64,000 nt of DNA from Octopus sinensis (Eukaryota), in the NCBI RefSeq assembly GCF_006345805.1, contig NC_042997.1, positions 64,046,001 to 64,110,000 on the forward strand, given 5' to 3'. This document shows, one piece after another, positions 1 through 12,429 of the stretch. The position numbers were made by a program, and so were the translations under genes. The notes beneath the pieces are model-generated. The model was not told where the DNA came from and ran no database searches. It saw only the letters and a program-made list of their open reading frames with translations. Each line of letters opens with the position of its first letter. The first letter of the stretch is position 1.

Positions 1-140
1 TATATAGGGGGCTATATAGGGCCTCCCTATACGACCCTTCCGATTTTGATTTTCAGTGGTATAATAGTTTCACATTTCGCAACACTATAGTTTCACTTTT
101 ATTGTTAGAGGCCGAAAGTATGTGTTGGTGTGTGTGTGAA

Positions 141-175
<35 letters not shown>

Positions 176-241
176 ATGGGTGATAGCGTATATTTTATTT
201 ATTTACATTTTCTCGCATGTTTATTAAAGTGTGCTTGACTG

Positions 242-279
<38 letters not shown>

Positions 280-510
280 TGTGTTGTTATGAATCTGGAA
301 TATGGCTACGATTAGTCATACACGCACGCGAACACATACGTGCACCCATTACATATCATATACACTTACATAAATACATATGCATATATGTTTATTATAT
401 GTGTGCGTGTGTGAGAAAGAGAAAGAATCAGTCAGTGATTGAAGGTGTGTGTTCTCGTGACAATTTTATTGTTGCATCTATGTATAAGTAGCTAAGTAAA
501 ATTTCGGCTA

Positions 511-556
<46 letters not shown>

Positions 557-610
557 TCTGTGCCACACACACACACACAAACGAAAACTCACCCTTCTCT
601 CTCTCTAACA
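141..610. repeat. (GA)n / (CT)n microsatellite cluster
   Basis: GA runs at 141-175 and 241-278; CT runs at about 515-607. Confidence 0.9.
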
Positions 611-1046
611 GTCAATCACTCACACATTCACTGAAAAAAATTTGCAAGAAAAAATGAATGAAAAATGTACGTTGTCACTTTTTCTCTCTCCCTCCCACAA
701 CACAAACTTTCTGTCTCACTCCCCCTCCATCAACACATACACACGTCTATGGCCATTTCATCACTCCTTGCTTCTCCTTGCTTCTTTCATGGGCAATTTA
801 TATGTAGGATGTCCCAAAACTCTCTTTTCATTGAACACTAATTAAAGGGCATACTGAAAAAATTGTATATTTAGAAGTTCTACAAAATTAAACTGTGATT
901 GATTTCAGGATTTGTGTTAATAATTTTGTTTAAGCTCACATCAACTGAAGAAATTTTTCTGAAATTATCTTTTATTCTGATAGAATAAATATATATGTTT
1001 CCTTTAAAATTCTTAACCTTTCGAGCCACGCTGGGTACTTAAGCTA

Positions 1047-1090
<44 letters not shown>

Positions 1091-1094
<4 letters not shown>

Positions 1095-1905
1095 AAGGGT
1101 TAAAAGCAACAAGTTTCTCAAAACCACATACCGAAAATATTAGAAATAGCAGCCAAAATTGGTCAGTATTTCCTCTACTAGTAAAAAGTCTCCACAAACA
1201 AACATAATTTGTAAGCTGTATATGGCAAAAAAAGGCAGAAAATAATGAAAACCCAGCCTCTGGATTAATTATAGACGATATGGTCTTTTCCATACCGACA
1301 AATCTACTAGGTGAAATTGATTAATTGTATTAAATTAATTATATTCCACCCTTTATTGAATATTGAATACTTTTGCTCCCTTACAAGTTATCTCCGAATT
1401 TTTCGTTTCGTTGGTAATGTTTTTGTAGCTCACGTGGTAGATTTTGGAGGGAAATATGAATTCGCATGTCGGCATAGATGTACGAATGCTAGCAGTTCCG
1501 TTAAGCCGTCCGATGTTGCAGATCGTACTGGTGTAACGGGTAAGTTTTTTCCCCTACCATTTCTAGATCTATAGGAAATATTATATTGACAAGGAAATGA
1601 ACCTTCGGTTCTAATCCAGAAACGAGTCGTCTATAATTAATCCAGAGGCTGGGTTTTCATTATTTTCTGCTTTTTTTGCCATATACAGCTTACAAATTCT
1701 GTTTGTTTGTGGAGACTTTTTACTAGTAGAGGAAATACTGACCAATTTTGGCTGCTACTTCTAATATTTTCGGTATGTGGTTTTGAGCAACTTGTTGCTT
1801 TTAACCCTTTATTATAATTATTATCACCCTTACCAAATATGGTCTTTTCCATACCGACAAATCTACTAGGTGAAATGATTAATTGTATTAAATTAATTAT
1901 ATTCC

Positions 1906-1909
<4 letters not shown>
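1091..1909 (+). mobile_element. (TA)n-flanked non-autonomous foldback element with partial tandem repeat, probably PLE-derived
   Basis: Inverted arms 1091-1278 and 1627-1813, direct repeats 1279-1351 and 1838-1909, and (TA)n on both sides. Homologous by eye to 26186-26532. Confidence 0.6.
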
Positions 1910-1955
<46 letters not shown>

Positions 1956-2174
1956 AACACGCAAGAAAAAGTAAATAAATAAAATGTACGCTATCACTCA
2001 TTCTCGCTCTCTCTCTTTTTTTCTTTCTCTCTCTCTTTCTTTCTCTCTCTTTCACACACACATTTTACCCCCTTACCTTAATTAGCGATTATTCGAATAG
2101 CACATTTGTGTAAATAGCGGTCAATAACAGTAATTTCCCTTTGTATAACGGTCATTTTTCATAGCGTTTTTCAG

Positions 2175-2250
2175 ATGGCCGGATAACTGAAGAGATGGTG
2201 GTGTGGATTTCCACCTCGGCATCCGAAACTCAGAGTTGTATTTTGGCTAC
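2175..2250 (+). ncRNA. Type I hammerhead ribozyme-like motif
   Basis: CTGAAGA at 2187-2193, stem II gatg...catc with an internal gtgg/ccac hairpin, GAAA at 2225-2228, palindromic loop III aactc-a-gagtt, GTA triplet at 2238-2240, and an imperfect stem I tggccgg(at)aa/ttttggcta. Confidence 0.55.
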
Positions 2251-2322
2251 CGAATAATTGTCACATATTACATTTACAGATAAATTACATATTACATTTA
2301 CAGATAAATAAATATATATATA

Positions 2323-2807
2323 TTATTTAGAGATAGAAGTCCCCATGCAATTCATCCAACCCTAATATACATCACACCATATAATATTTCAGTTCCAAAT
2401 TTCTCTTCTACACGTGTTTTATGAGGTGCGTTTAACGTCCACTAGACACTCAGTCTTTTTCAGAAACATGCAACCCCAGTCATCAAGACTCTTCATAACT
2501 TTTTTATAATTCAATAACTATTCCTATATTTTAATATTTTAAGAGTCACGAATGTAACTAACAAACAAACATGTGGGTGGGTAAATAAGTTCGCTGAACC
2601 TTGTCGTGCAAGCCATAAATTTAATTGATTAAAAATTAAAAAATTACAAAACTAAATTCTAACGTGACTTATGCATAAACATGAAACACGTGTAGAAGAG
2701 AAATTTTGAACTGAAATTGTAAGTATTAAAATAAAATTCTATGATATGGTGTGATGTATATTAGGATTTGATGAATTGCATGGGGACTGACTTCTATCTC
2801 TAAATAA
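2323..2807. repeat. Foldback repeat with about 100-128 bp inverted arms
   Basis: 2323-2422 is the reverse complement of 2680-2807 apart from small indels; spacer about 257 bp. Confidence 0.8.
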
Positions 2808-2892
2808 AATATATCTCCTTATCGAGAATAATTCAATTTATTTGAATCACTGTGACGCCGGAATTTTTATTCCCTAATAGATACAATCATCG

Positions 2893-2947
<55 letters not shown>

Positions 2948-3016
2948 TATTGAAGAATGTATTAAATATATATATATTATATATATATATATATATATTC
3001 ATATTGAAGAATGTAT

Positions 3017-3052
<36 letters not shown>

Positions 3053-3548
3053 ATAATTATAATGATAGAGAACACGGAGATAGGTACATCCTCAAAATTT
3101 ACTTCCTTTTATTTTACAGGTTGTCATACATCATATTTTTATGGTTACGACGACTTAGACGTGTTTCTGCTACACAGTATGCGCAGTTGCATACGCAACC
3201 GGGCATTATTTTCTGTGCAGCTACGATCAGGGTTTTTCACCAAGCTTTACACGAAGCGAACGGAATTCAGTTATTTGCTGAATTAGTGGTTAGCATCCTG
3301 GAAGAAGCGAAGGAAGGTTAGTTTGAATCTGAAAGCTGATATGATTGTAAAACTCTTTGGTTGACCTCAGCTTCACACCAGTTGCTGGCTGAAGGACTGG
3401 TTTCTGTCTAATTAGGTCAAAGTCTATTATATGGTATTACCAGACTTGTTTCATGTATTGTAGTAGACGGGTTCTTAATAAGCTTCTATATATGTATATG
3501 TATATGTATATGTAGATATACATATATGTAAATATATGTAAATATATG

Positions 3549-3608
<60 letters not shown>

Positions 3609-3679
3609 TATATAATATATATATATAATATATATATATATACATAAATAGATATATATATATGCATATATATATGTAT

Positions 3680-3734
<55 letters not shown>

Positions 3735-5567
3735 AGTATATATATATATATATTGTGAAAATGGAGAGATTCCATCTATCAACACGCATAACCACACGCT
3801 TAAATGCACGTCGTTTCTGCCAGTTGTTTCATTTACACAGCTTCGAGCAACTAGAGATTATAGTAGATGAAATCTGCTCTAGATACCGTGTAGTGAAGCG
3901 AATCACAAAAAAAGACCTAAGTAAACGCATATAGAATGTTATAACAGCTAAATTATGCCTTGGGTCTCTATGTATTTTGATGATTTCCTATATATGTTGT
4001 ACATATATAATAGTTTCGACATTTAATACACTCTGCAAATATTGAGCATTCAATGTTCTGTGACTTAAGAACATTTATTCATATGTTAAGCTGTATACAC
4101 ACACACACATAGGCATATTATATGTACATGTGTTTGAAATTTATTATGAATGATAAAATCTTATAGCATTTCTGTAGTGTTCGTATCTTTTAACTATAGA
4201 GTTATGTTTTCATTGTTATTATTTTCGTTCGAGTGGATCCAGTGGCATAGAAATCATATAAATACATGTCATGAATTTATATTATTAGCTATCAGATTAG
4301 AATTTCTTTCCGTTGTTTTCAGTATCGAAACATCTTATATCAAGCTGCATATGTAAATAAGCATAACATATCTATGATGGAGTTTAGCTTGAGAATTGAT
4401 CATACTAAAAGTGTAAATCTATTAAAGCGAATTAGAATGACACAAATGAATCACTACCAGCGTACCAGAGTGACTTTCCTTTACACTCATTTCATAGTAT
4501 TGATATGTCATTAGAAAAAGAAGTTAAAAGCATTCAGCTAACACATTAGAAGTCTAGATAATTTATGTGATGTCATTTTCATATTGAAGGATGTATTAAA
4601 TACTTGTGAAATATTTTCTTTTACATTTCATTTTGATGTATTCGTATAGTTTATTTTTTCAAATTTTCTCTATTTAAAATGTTTATTACTTTTACTTATG
4701 GCAATTACACGTAAGTCGTGTTTCATAGCATGTGAGTATTCCTCCCAGCAGTACAGAGACATTCACGAACAGTAATTTGGAAAGTAACGTTTAAAGTGAA
4801 TTTGCCATCTACGCTGCCTGCAGGTTTGTAACTTTCTTCCATTCCTTGTCACCCAACCAATTTTATAATGTTTTCGACTAAACGCTGCATTATTCAATTT
4901 TATTGATAAGAAGTCATGTTCTCTTACATTTATATTTATTAAAATTTTTGCTTTATATCCTGCTTGGTACAACGTTATTGTTATTGACATTCTTCGTTGT
5001 ATAATGTCTTTTTGTTTTTGTCTATATTTGATTAACTTTTCCTTAAAAGCAATGATTCATTATACACTTTCCTTGCAACTGAAGTTTCAAGTTTATATTA
5101 AAGTGTTCTTCAGGCAATGTTTTGGAAGAAACAGTTTTCATATATTTACTGGAACGCTCCTGACTTAATAATACATGTTAATGAACAGATCGGAAATTTT
5201 TATATTTGCAAAACCATGTGGTTTTATAATATGTTAAATTAAAAACAAGATGAAATGTTCGGATGCCAATAAAGACTTACTGTTCAATTAGGAATAAAGC
5301 TATCATTTGCGTATACAATTCTCCTGTTTAATTTTAAGTCGTCCTGATAAACGGACAGTAGTTAGTAAGCTGACTGTTAAAGCTAAGATTTTCGTAAAAT
5401 CAAAAATACTATACTTAAAAATGCGGTAACTAGATGAAGGTCACCATATCACTATCAAAAGTGTTCAAAAACTCTTTAAAAGTTTGTGGATAATTGGTAT
5501 CTGTTTGACAAAACAAATATATTGTCAAACTTAATATTAATATGCTCCGCTTTTAGAATATGGATTA

Positions 5568-5731
5568 AGTTAGAAAATTACTATTTTTAAATCCCACAAT
5601 GTAAGATATTCAGCAACATTACTTTGTAGTTTGTCAACAGAACATGGCAGTTCTGGCAAACAAACTTTACTACAAAGTACTGTTGCTGAATATCTCACGT
5701 TGTGAAATTTAAAAGTAGCAATTTTCTAATT
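5568..5731. repeat. Hairpin / MITE-like inverted repeat
   Basis: Arms 5568-5630 and 5669-5731, e.g. gatattcagcaaca..tactttgtagt / actacaaagta..tgttgctgaatatc, with an inner cagaac/gttctg hairpin. Confidence 0.75.
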
Positions 5732-5815
5732 TTATAAATCAGTCACTAGTTGTCACTTTAAAAAAACTATATATTTCGAACGGGAATTTGGCAGCGTCAT
5801 CTCTACCCGAGCAAT

Positions 5816-5865
5816 TATCCTGTGCTGATGAAGAGAAATAACCCAGGAATCGCGATACACAGATA
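5816..5865 (+). ncRNA. Degenerate minimal hammerhead ribozyme-like motif
   Basis: tatc(c)tgtg CTGATGA ... ggaa t cgcg a ta cacagata. Stem I is complementary and loop III is palindromic (atcgcgat). GAAA reads GGAA and stem II is poor. Confidence 0.4.
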
Positions 5866-7154
5866 TTGTTTTGAGTTGAGGGGGAATGCTAGATTCCCTT
5901 GTTCGAAAATATAAGGACACAGATCATGTCGTATAGCCAGTTAGAGACGATGTATCCTGGTACTAAATTATAGCATTATTAATCCTAAACCAATGGCAAG
6001 CAATGTTTACTCATGGATTAAGTTGTATGAAATTGGATTACTTCTTTTTGAATGAGAAAGAAACGATGAAATTTTCCCCTTCACATACGTACATTAATTA
6101 ACATATACCTATGCACACAGCGCATCTATAGAAAATACATGCACATAAAGAAAAATCGCACACACACAAACACACTCACTCCCCCCACACATACACACAT
6201 ATTACATAATATATACTATATATATTATATATATATATATATAACTTTCTTTTACACAAATGCATATGTAAATATATGTATATGTGTACGTATATGTCCA
6301 TTAGTGTATTTGTATAAAAGGAGAATAGAGACCGTGCATGTTATCTACGTTTGATTACAGGCAGATAAAATCCGTGTACGGGTGTATTTAGAGGAACCAT
6401 AAAATCTTTACATTCCACCAACCATAAAAATTCGAAATTACTCACGAATTAACGTTTTGAAATTGAAATTTAAGTTCAAGTAATATTCGTTCTAACTAAT
6501 AAAGAGAGTAATTTAAAATGCATAACCCGTAATTAGTGATCCTACTTTCATGTACTTACAAAGGTACATTAGTAACATAACACTCTATAATGGATTCAAC
6601 ATTCCTTGTGTACATTAATATAAATTAATGGTCAATTATGTTTGAAAATTCGATGTTAGTGATTGACATAAGTGTGTAGTTATACATGCATTTATATATG
6701 CAAGTATGTATGTATATATATATATGTAAGCATGTATGTATGTGTATGTAGATATGTATGCATGTAAGTACGCTTGTATATGTGTAAGTATATCGAAATA
6801 ACCAGGTATTCAAAATGTGTATTTAGAGAGTGTACAGGGTACTCTATACGTAGTGTACATAGCACTATATTGCTACATATGAATTTAGAGATATATGTAA
6901 TCCAAGTAGTATATACGTACGCACGTATAGGTTTGTGTATAGATGCATATGCATATGTATAAATTTACTAAGAGTTAGTGTCAGCCCCATGCATCTTAGA
7001 TTTCGAAGGCTCATTTATCGAGCTTATCACGCCAGACATCTTGACAAGGTAGGCTACTTCCACGAGCCAACGAAACTTTAAATTGCCGGGAATCGAGTCA
7101 AGTATACATTCAATAATACATGCAACTCCTACTTCCTGTCCGTTATGCACTCAT

Positions 7155-7199
<45 letters not shown>

Positions 7200-8030
7200 G
7201 GAAATCAGAAACGTAAAGGCTTTTTATGGAGAGTAACGATAGATATATGCAATTAGATGAACTGAGGTAGGAATAAAAGTAATAAAAGCCATTATTAAAT
7301 TTCACCTGTGCTTCAGAAAATCTAATCTATGCCATTACATGCTTAGGGTGTGGTAATAATTATATTGGCCAATCTCTCCATCGAAGAACCACTCTCCACA
7401 AAGAACAAATCCGCCACCCTCAATACAGACAGATACAGGTCGGTGAACACATAGAAAGGTGTGCTAGGAATCTTAATCCTAATTTCCTAATCTTCCCCTT
7501 CTATCAATGTTCATAGAACACCTCAGTACAACAAAGAAAGTATAAAGAGGCAACTTTCATCAATAAATATCTTCCAAAACTCAATATGAACACGTAACAT
7601 AATACAGAATATTATTAACCTTTCAATTAATACCACTAACCCCCTTACATCCCATACACCATTCACATTACAGATCTATATCTACCCTAATTGCACCAAA
7701 TCCAGAACTGCTTACCTCCCTTACACATAATCTTTTTACCCAGGGACTTGTAGATCTGACACCGTTCAGTACTCGGTGTGCATTCAAAGCAATGATTAGT
7801 AATTTTACGAAACCCGCATGCTTTTGAATCTCTTTAACAATTCACAATGATGACTTTTATTACTTTTATCCCTACCTCAGTTCATCTAATTGTATATATC
7901 TATCGTTACTTTTCATAAAAAGCCTTTACTTTTTTTGATTTCCACTGAGCATTTTCGCTTATTTTTCTTCTTACTTTCCCCTTACATTTCCACGTGTAGT
8001 TTCTATTTTCCTTTTCTAACATATTTCTAT
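7200..8030 (+). mobile_element. 5'-truncated Penelope-like element: GIY-YIG endonuclease C-terminus, pLTR and an inverted 5' arm
   Basis: 7298-7597 translates to NFTCASENLIYAITCLGCGNNYIGQSLHRRTTLHKEQIRHPQYRQIQVGEHI...FLIFPFYQCS*...KEATFINKYLPKLN (one internal stop). Arm 7200-7296 is inverted relative to 7846-7943. (TA)n lies on both sides. Confidence 0.85.
7782..7829 (+). ncRNA. Decayed minimal hammerhead in PLE pLTR
   Basis: attcaaagca [atgatta] gta-attt-tac GAAA cccgca tgcttttgaat. Stems I and II and GAAA are retained; the CUGAUGA core and NUH triplet are mutated. Confidence 0.45.
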
Positions 8031-8064
<34 letters not shown>

Positions 8065-8439
8065 ATATATCATAAACATTAAAGACTGGAGTTTGCTATA
8101 TTATTTTTATTTCCTATTTTATTCTACTTTCAATAATTAGATACTGTCTATACTTGAGTCTTGTTTATAAACTTGTCGCATGGTTACTCATAATGAAATT
8201 TCAACTTTCAAATCGCCTCTGCCCGCAGAAATTTTGTCGAAGGCAACATCCTGGATTATACAATACCAACTGATCTGCTATACGCATGAATGCATTGCAG
8301 ATTCTCCCGTCGAAGACGACGAAAAATCGTTCACTTTTTGCCGAACGACGTGCATAAATGATTTGTTTATAGTGATCAAATATCCGTTCTGTACATTAGC
8401 TCACCCTCTCCATCAAATCGACATTGTCTGAATAGGTGC

Positions 8440-8566
8440 ACTGTGTGCCACGTGCCAGATGTCGAAGTGATCACAGAGCAACTGGAGATGAAGCGTTTTG
8501 CTCAAGAACCCAACACACCACCTCGTGATCGTGAATCCAACATCCTGACCACTGGGCCATGCGCCC
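8440..8566 (-). mobile_element. tRNA-derived SINE fragment
   Basis: Minus strand ggcgcatggcccagtggtcaggatgttggattcacgatc... has an A-box-like TGGCCCAGTGG and a tRNA-like head. Confidence 0.55.
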
Positions 8567-8578
8567 AGTGGTCAGCAT

Positions 8579-8612
<34 letters not shown>

Positions 8613-8914
8613 TGGCACACATATATAGAGTTGGGTACATATAGTTGAAATAAACACCGAAATCCATTAGTGGTATTTTTAACTTTCTAAGAACACCATT
8701 TATTATACTCATTTCAATAATTTTTCACGTACCAAATTCATACCATTAAAAATATCGAATTATGTCTTATTAGAATTACTGCATTTATTTATCAAGTTAC
8801 TACACTGTGGAAATACTTACTGAAGTAATAATTAAATGATCGATTAAATAAGGATAAGATAAAAGCGCTTAGGACACTGGCCAATGTGGGACCTCGAAAA
8901 TATATATCCCAAAA

Positions 8915-10230
8915 CAGGTAAATTAAAGGAAATTAACACATAATGAATGAAATAAAATAACTACTATAGCTTGTTTTGGTGATTTGTCTATTATATTCTG
9001 CAGTTTTTCATAGAATTGATCAACCATTTCCTCGTTCCTCGACAGAAGCTGGTGTATAAACTTGTATAATGGATATTGGATGGAGCTTTGCATATAGTCC
9101 GATGCTAATGATCCTATTACCAAATGGGTTGCATCCCGTAAAATACTTGTTCCTGTACTTGTGCACTATGATTGCAAATCCCTTTTGCCCTCGTGCTTTT
9201 TGTCCTACATAGTAGATAGCATGTATATCTGCAAGAAACAGGAATGTTCACTGTCTGACCATCACCAGACTCATTATGCAACTTTACATTCAGTAAGAGT
9301 ACTGCTCCTGAGCAAATAATGAAAACAGGGCAACGTTCAAAATTGGAAAAGTTCGTTGTGGCTATATTATTTCCCCATGCTCGTTCAACATCTACACAGA
9401 ATTGATAACACAAGAATCAATACAGGAAGAAAATGGCATAAAATACACGGCTTGCATTGTTTCAATGTAACGTAGGCAGAAAATACTGCTCTAAACACCA
9501 TGACTGAAGCCGGATTACAAGAAATGATAGAGTCCAGAAGGTAACAAATGCGCATGATTTTTATCTGAACCAGAAAACGAAAATCATGGTAATAGAGAAT
9601 GAGAAAGTAAATGTTTACATCAGACTATGAGGGTCTCGAGGATGTTGAATTGTATAAGTGTCTTGGAGATCAAACCTCTTATGAAACAATACATAAGAAA
9701 GAAATTATGACACGGCTATCTATGGCAAGAACATCTATGGAAAAGATTAATAACACCTGGACAAGAAAAAGTGCCCCAACTACGTTAAAAACAAAGTTAG
9801 TACGAGAACTATTTGACTTATACGCATTTATGCTTTGAAACATTGACATTGAGTGAATTTAGGAACATGAAGAGAGCACAATGCATTCGAAATATAGGTG
9901 TATGATCGAAAGTTATGAGTCTCTTAGAAGCGTCATCGGACAAAGGAATGTATGATCCAACAAATACGTGAAAGACGACAACTTCTGAGCATTGAAAAAG
10001 AGAAAAAGCTCATCTTTTATGACCATATTCGAAGAATCAGAAGTCTGAAAAACATTATCATAGAAGGAAGATTATAGGCAGGGGAAGAGCGCAATGGATG
10101 GACATTATCAAGAGCCGGTTAGAAAAGAGTGGCAAGGTAATCGGAGAAGTCGCGTTTAATCGGGAAAATTTCTGTTGTAGTGTCATCAATGCGCTGCATA
10201 CGTATGATACATGACAACGACAGCAACACT
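8915..10230 (+). mobile_element. Degraded RTE-type LINE: RT C-terminal part on +, AP-endonuclease fragment inverted at 8915-9125
   Basis: + ORF LEDVELYKCLG...EIMTRLSMARTSMEKINNTW...TKLVR resembles the RTE post-RT region. The minus ORF EEMVDQFYEKLQNIIDKSPK..IVVI resembles the RTE APE domain. Confidence 0.7.
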
Positions 10231-12429
10231 TCAGGCATATAATTACTGATATTAAAACATTATTACAGTTAGGAGAAAAAATTATAATGTCACTATAATT
10301 GTGAGTGTATTAAGTAATATAATAACATAATATAATGATATACAAACAATGATAGCAACCCATTATTTTATTACGAGGAAGTCAAACAAAAATAATAAGA
10401 GATATTATAATCAATGTAGTAATATTAGGAACACTAGTACTTAAAAAATTGAACTTTATTAATTAAAAATATAAAAATATGAAGCAACACACCACACACA
10501 CACACACACATTATAGGAATGGTAAGTAAATACTGATCAACATAAAATAGATTTCGTAGTGACATAAACTATATGATAGGATTTTAAGATGAATTAAAAT
10601 TGTGTGTTCTAGAATTTAGATCGGGGACATGCCCGATTCGTTACAAAACATTATCGAAAGATTCAAACGGCCAGAAGGGAGAATGAAAGGGCAGAGGTCA
10701 AGAATATATAAGTTATAGAAGCTCGTAAAACTGCTCAAATACACATTATGCGTAGATGCTTTACATAGAGCAGTACATGATAATATGATCTATTATTCGT
10801 TAAACAAATAGTTGCTAACCCCATGTGAGGTGTTATAGAATAAAGAGTTCGCCCAAAGGCTAAAATTAATAACTATTTTGTTTTGCTAATTAAGTAACTT
10901 GCATATTTGATACCTTTGACCTGTTCTTTGAAATCTAAATTTAACCACTTTGAATCTAAGCTAAAATATATTCGTATTAATGGGTAGAAAATATGAGTTT
11001 CAAATTTTAAAGGAGTAATTTTTGCATAAATAAGCGCATCTTCATAAAGCTTGTAGCCGAATCTATATAATATGTAAAAGCTCAATGGGCTACGATTCTA
11101 TATTGTTACTCATAATAGTTAGTAGTAAGTTCTTGTGTTTATGCGTTGATGGGTATGTAGGTATGTGAAAAGTCTGTGCATGCGTCTTTGTGGGTATGAA
11201 TGAAATACATGTCTATATGTATGGACGTGTGTTAGTAAGTATGCAGGTATATATGTATATTTCTAAATACCGTTGCGTGTTTTTGTTTTTTATATGTCAA
11301 TAAATATATGGTCATATGTGTTTGTGAATGTATGAAGAAATCAACGTGTATATACGAGTATGTCTATATATTGGAGTAAAAGTTTCGGTTACATTTTATT
11401 CTGAACACGCATCGTCCTAGGGGATTTCTCCATTACAAATTGCACCGAAGAACGACGCAATGTTACTAATTATATCAACGCCATATGATAAGAGATTCGT
11501 ACACGAATAGAATCGATGCATTATATAAATACGCAGATGTACTGGTTTTTGTTCGGCTTAACTAAATCCAAAGCTATCTTTCATGGAAAGGATACTGACT
11601 TGCGAAATAAATAGCTTTCTATAAAACATCGTGGTAAATTTCAAGAGCCTAAAACAAGAAACGAGGTCAGATTCACGCACAACTGTGAAATTGATAGTAA
11701 CACAGCATTCGTAGATGGAACAGCCCGTGTATGTACATCAAAAGAAAAGACATATATATATACATTGTAAATGTTATATGTACAGTATTAATACATATTT
11801 TAAGTTATCACGCTAGGCAAAATATGATATCCTATCAGGTTGCACAAAAACAAAGTAGGCCAATTTTTGATTGAGTGTTAAAAATTCTTGCGGTGAATAA
11901 ACATTTTGTGTAACATTAATTTTAATAATGTTGTTAGAGATAATAATGCTTCCCATTTGCGCACAAAAGTACACAACACTTTCACTCTGTCGCGGATATA
12001 TAGATGAAATATATTTGTGTATGTTAGCTGTGTGAATGTGTCGCTAGCGTGGCAAACTTAATAATTCGATAAGTAATATATTTTCGAATATTTCATGTAA
12101 CATGGTAAGAATAGTACACTTTGTTGATGATATGCAGTTTATTCACAGTATTTTTCAATGTTATTGATTTAAACGTAAATGCGAAGTTCATCATAGACAC
12201 AACCAAATTTCACGACTTTTTGGCGGTCTCCTCTATTCTACTAGCACATTACTACAGCCATCTCGTTGTACACAAGCATAATACAACCTGCAATTCCAGT
12301 GTAACCGTAGGCTTAGTGCAACAGTCTTAATTCAATAAATTCCTGCATTAAAAGTCCGTATTCATATTGCTATGAGGTATGGACGTAGCATGCCGATGCA
12401 ATTCTCTGAGGAATATTAATTCAATAAAT

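Noticed and set aside
1279-1351. Hammerhead in the B repeat of the foldback family
   Set aside because: ccgacaa...gaaa has a mismatched core, no G-C closed stem II and no stem I partner.
6968-7150. Minus ORF as a possible M3-M4 loop exon of the receptor
   Set aside because: It has no M3 helix, no usable acceptor (it abuts (TA)n) and no recognisable nAChR motif.
11990-12110. Minus-strand stretch resembling M3 (..FATLAT..ANIHK)
   Set aside because: The similarity needs a frame change, includes a stop and has no splice context; likely chance.
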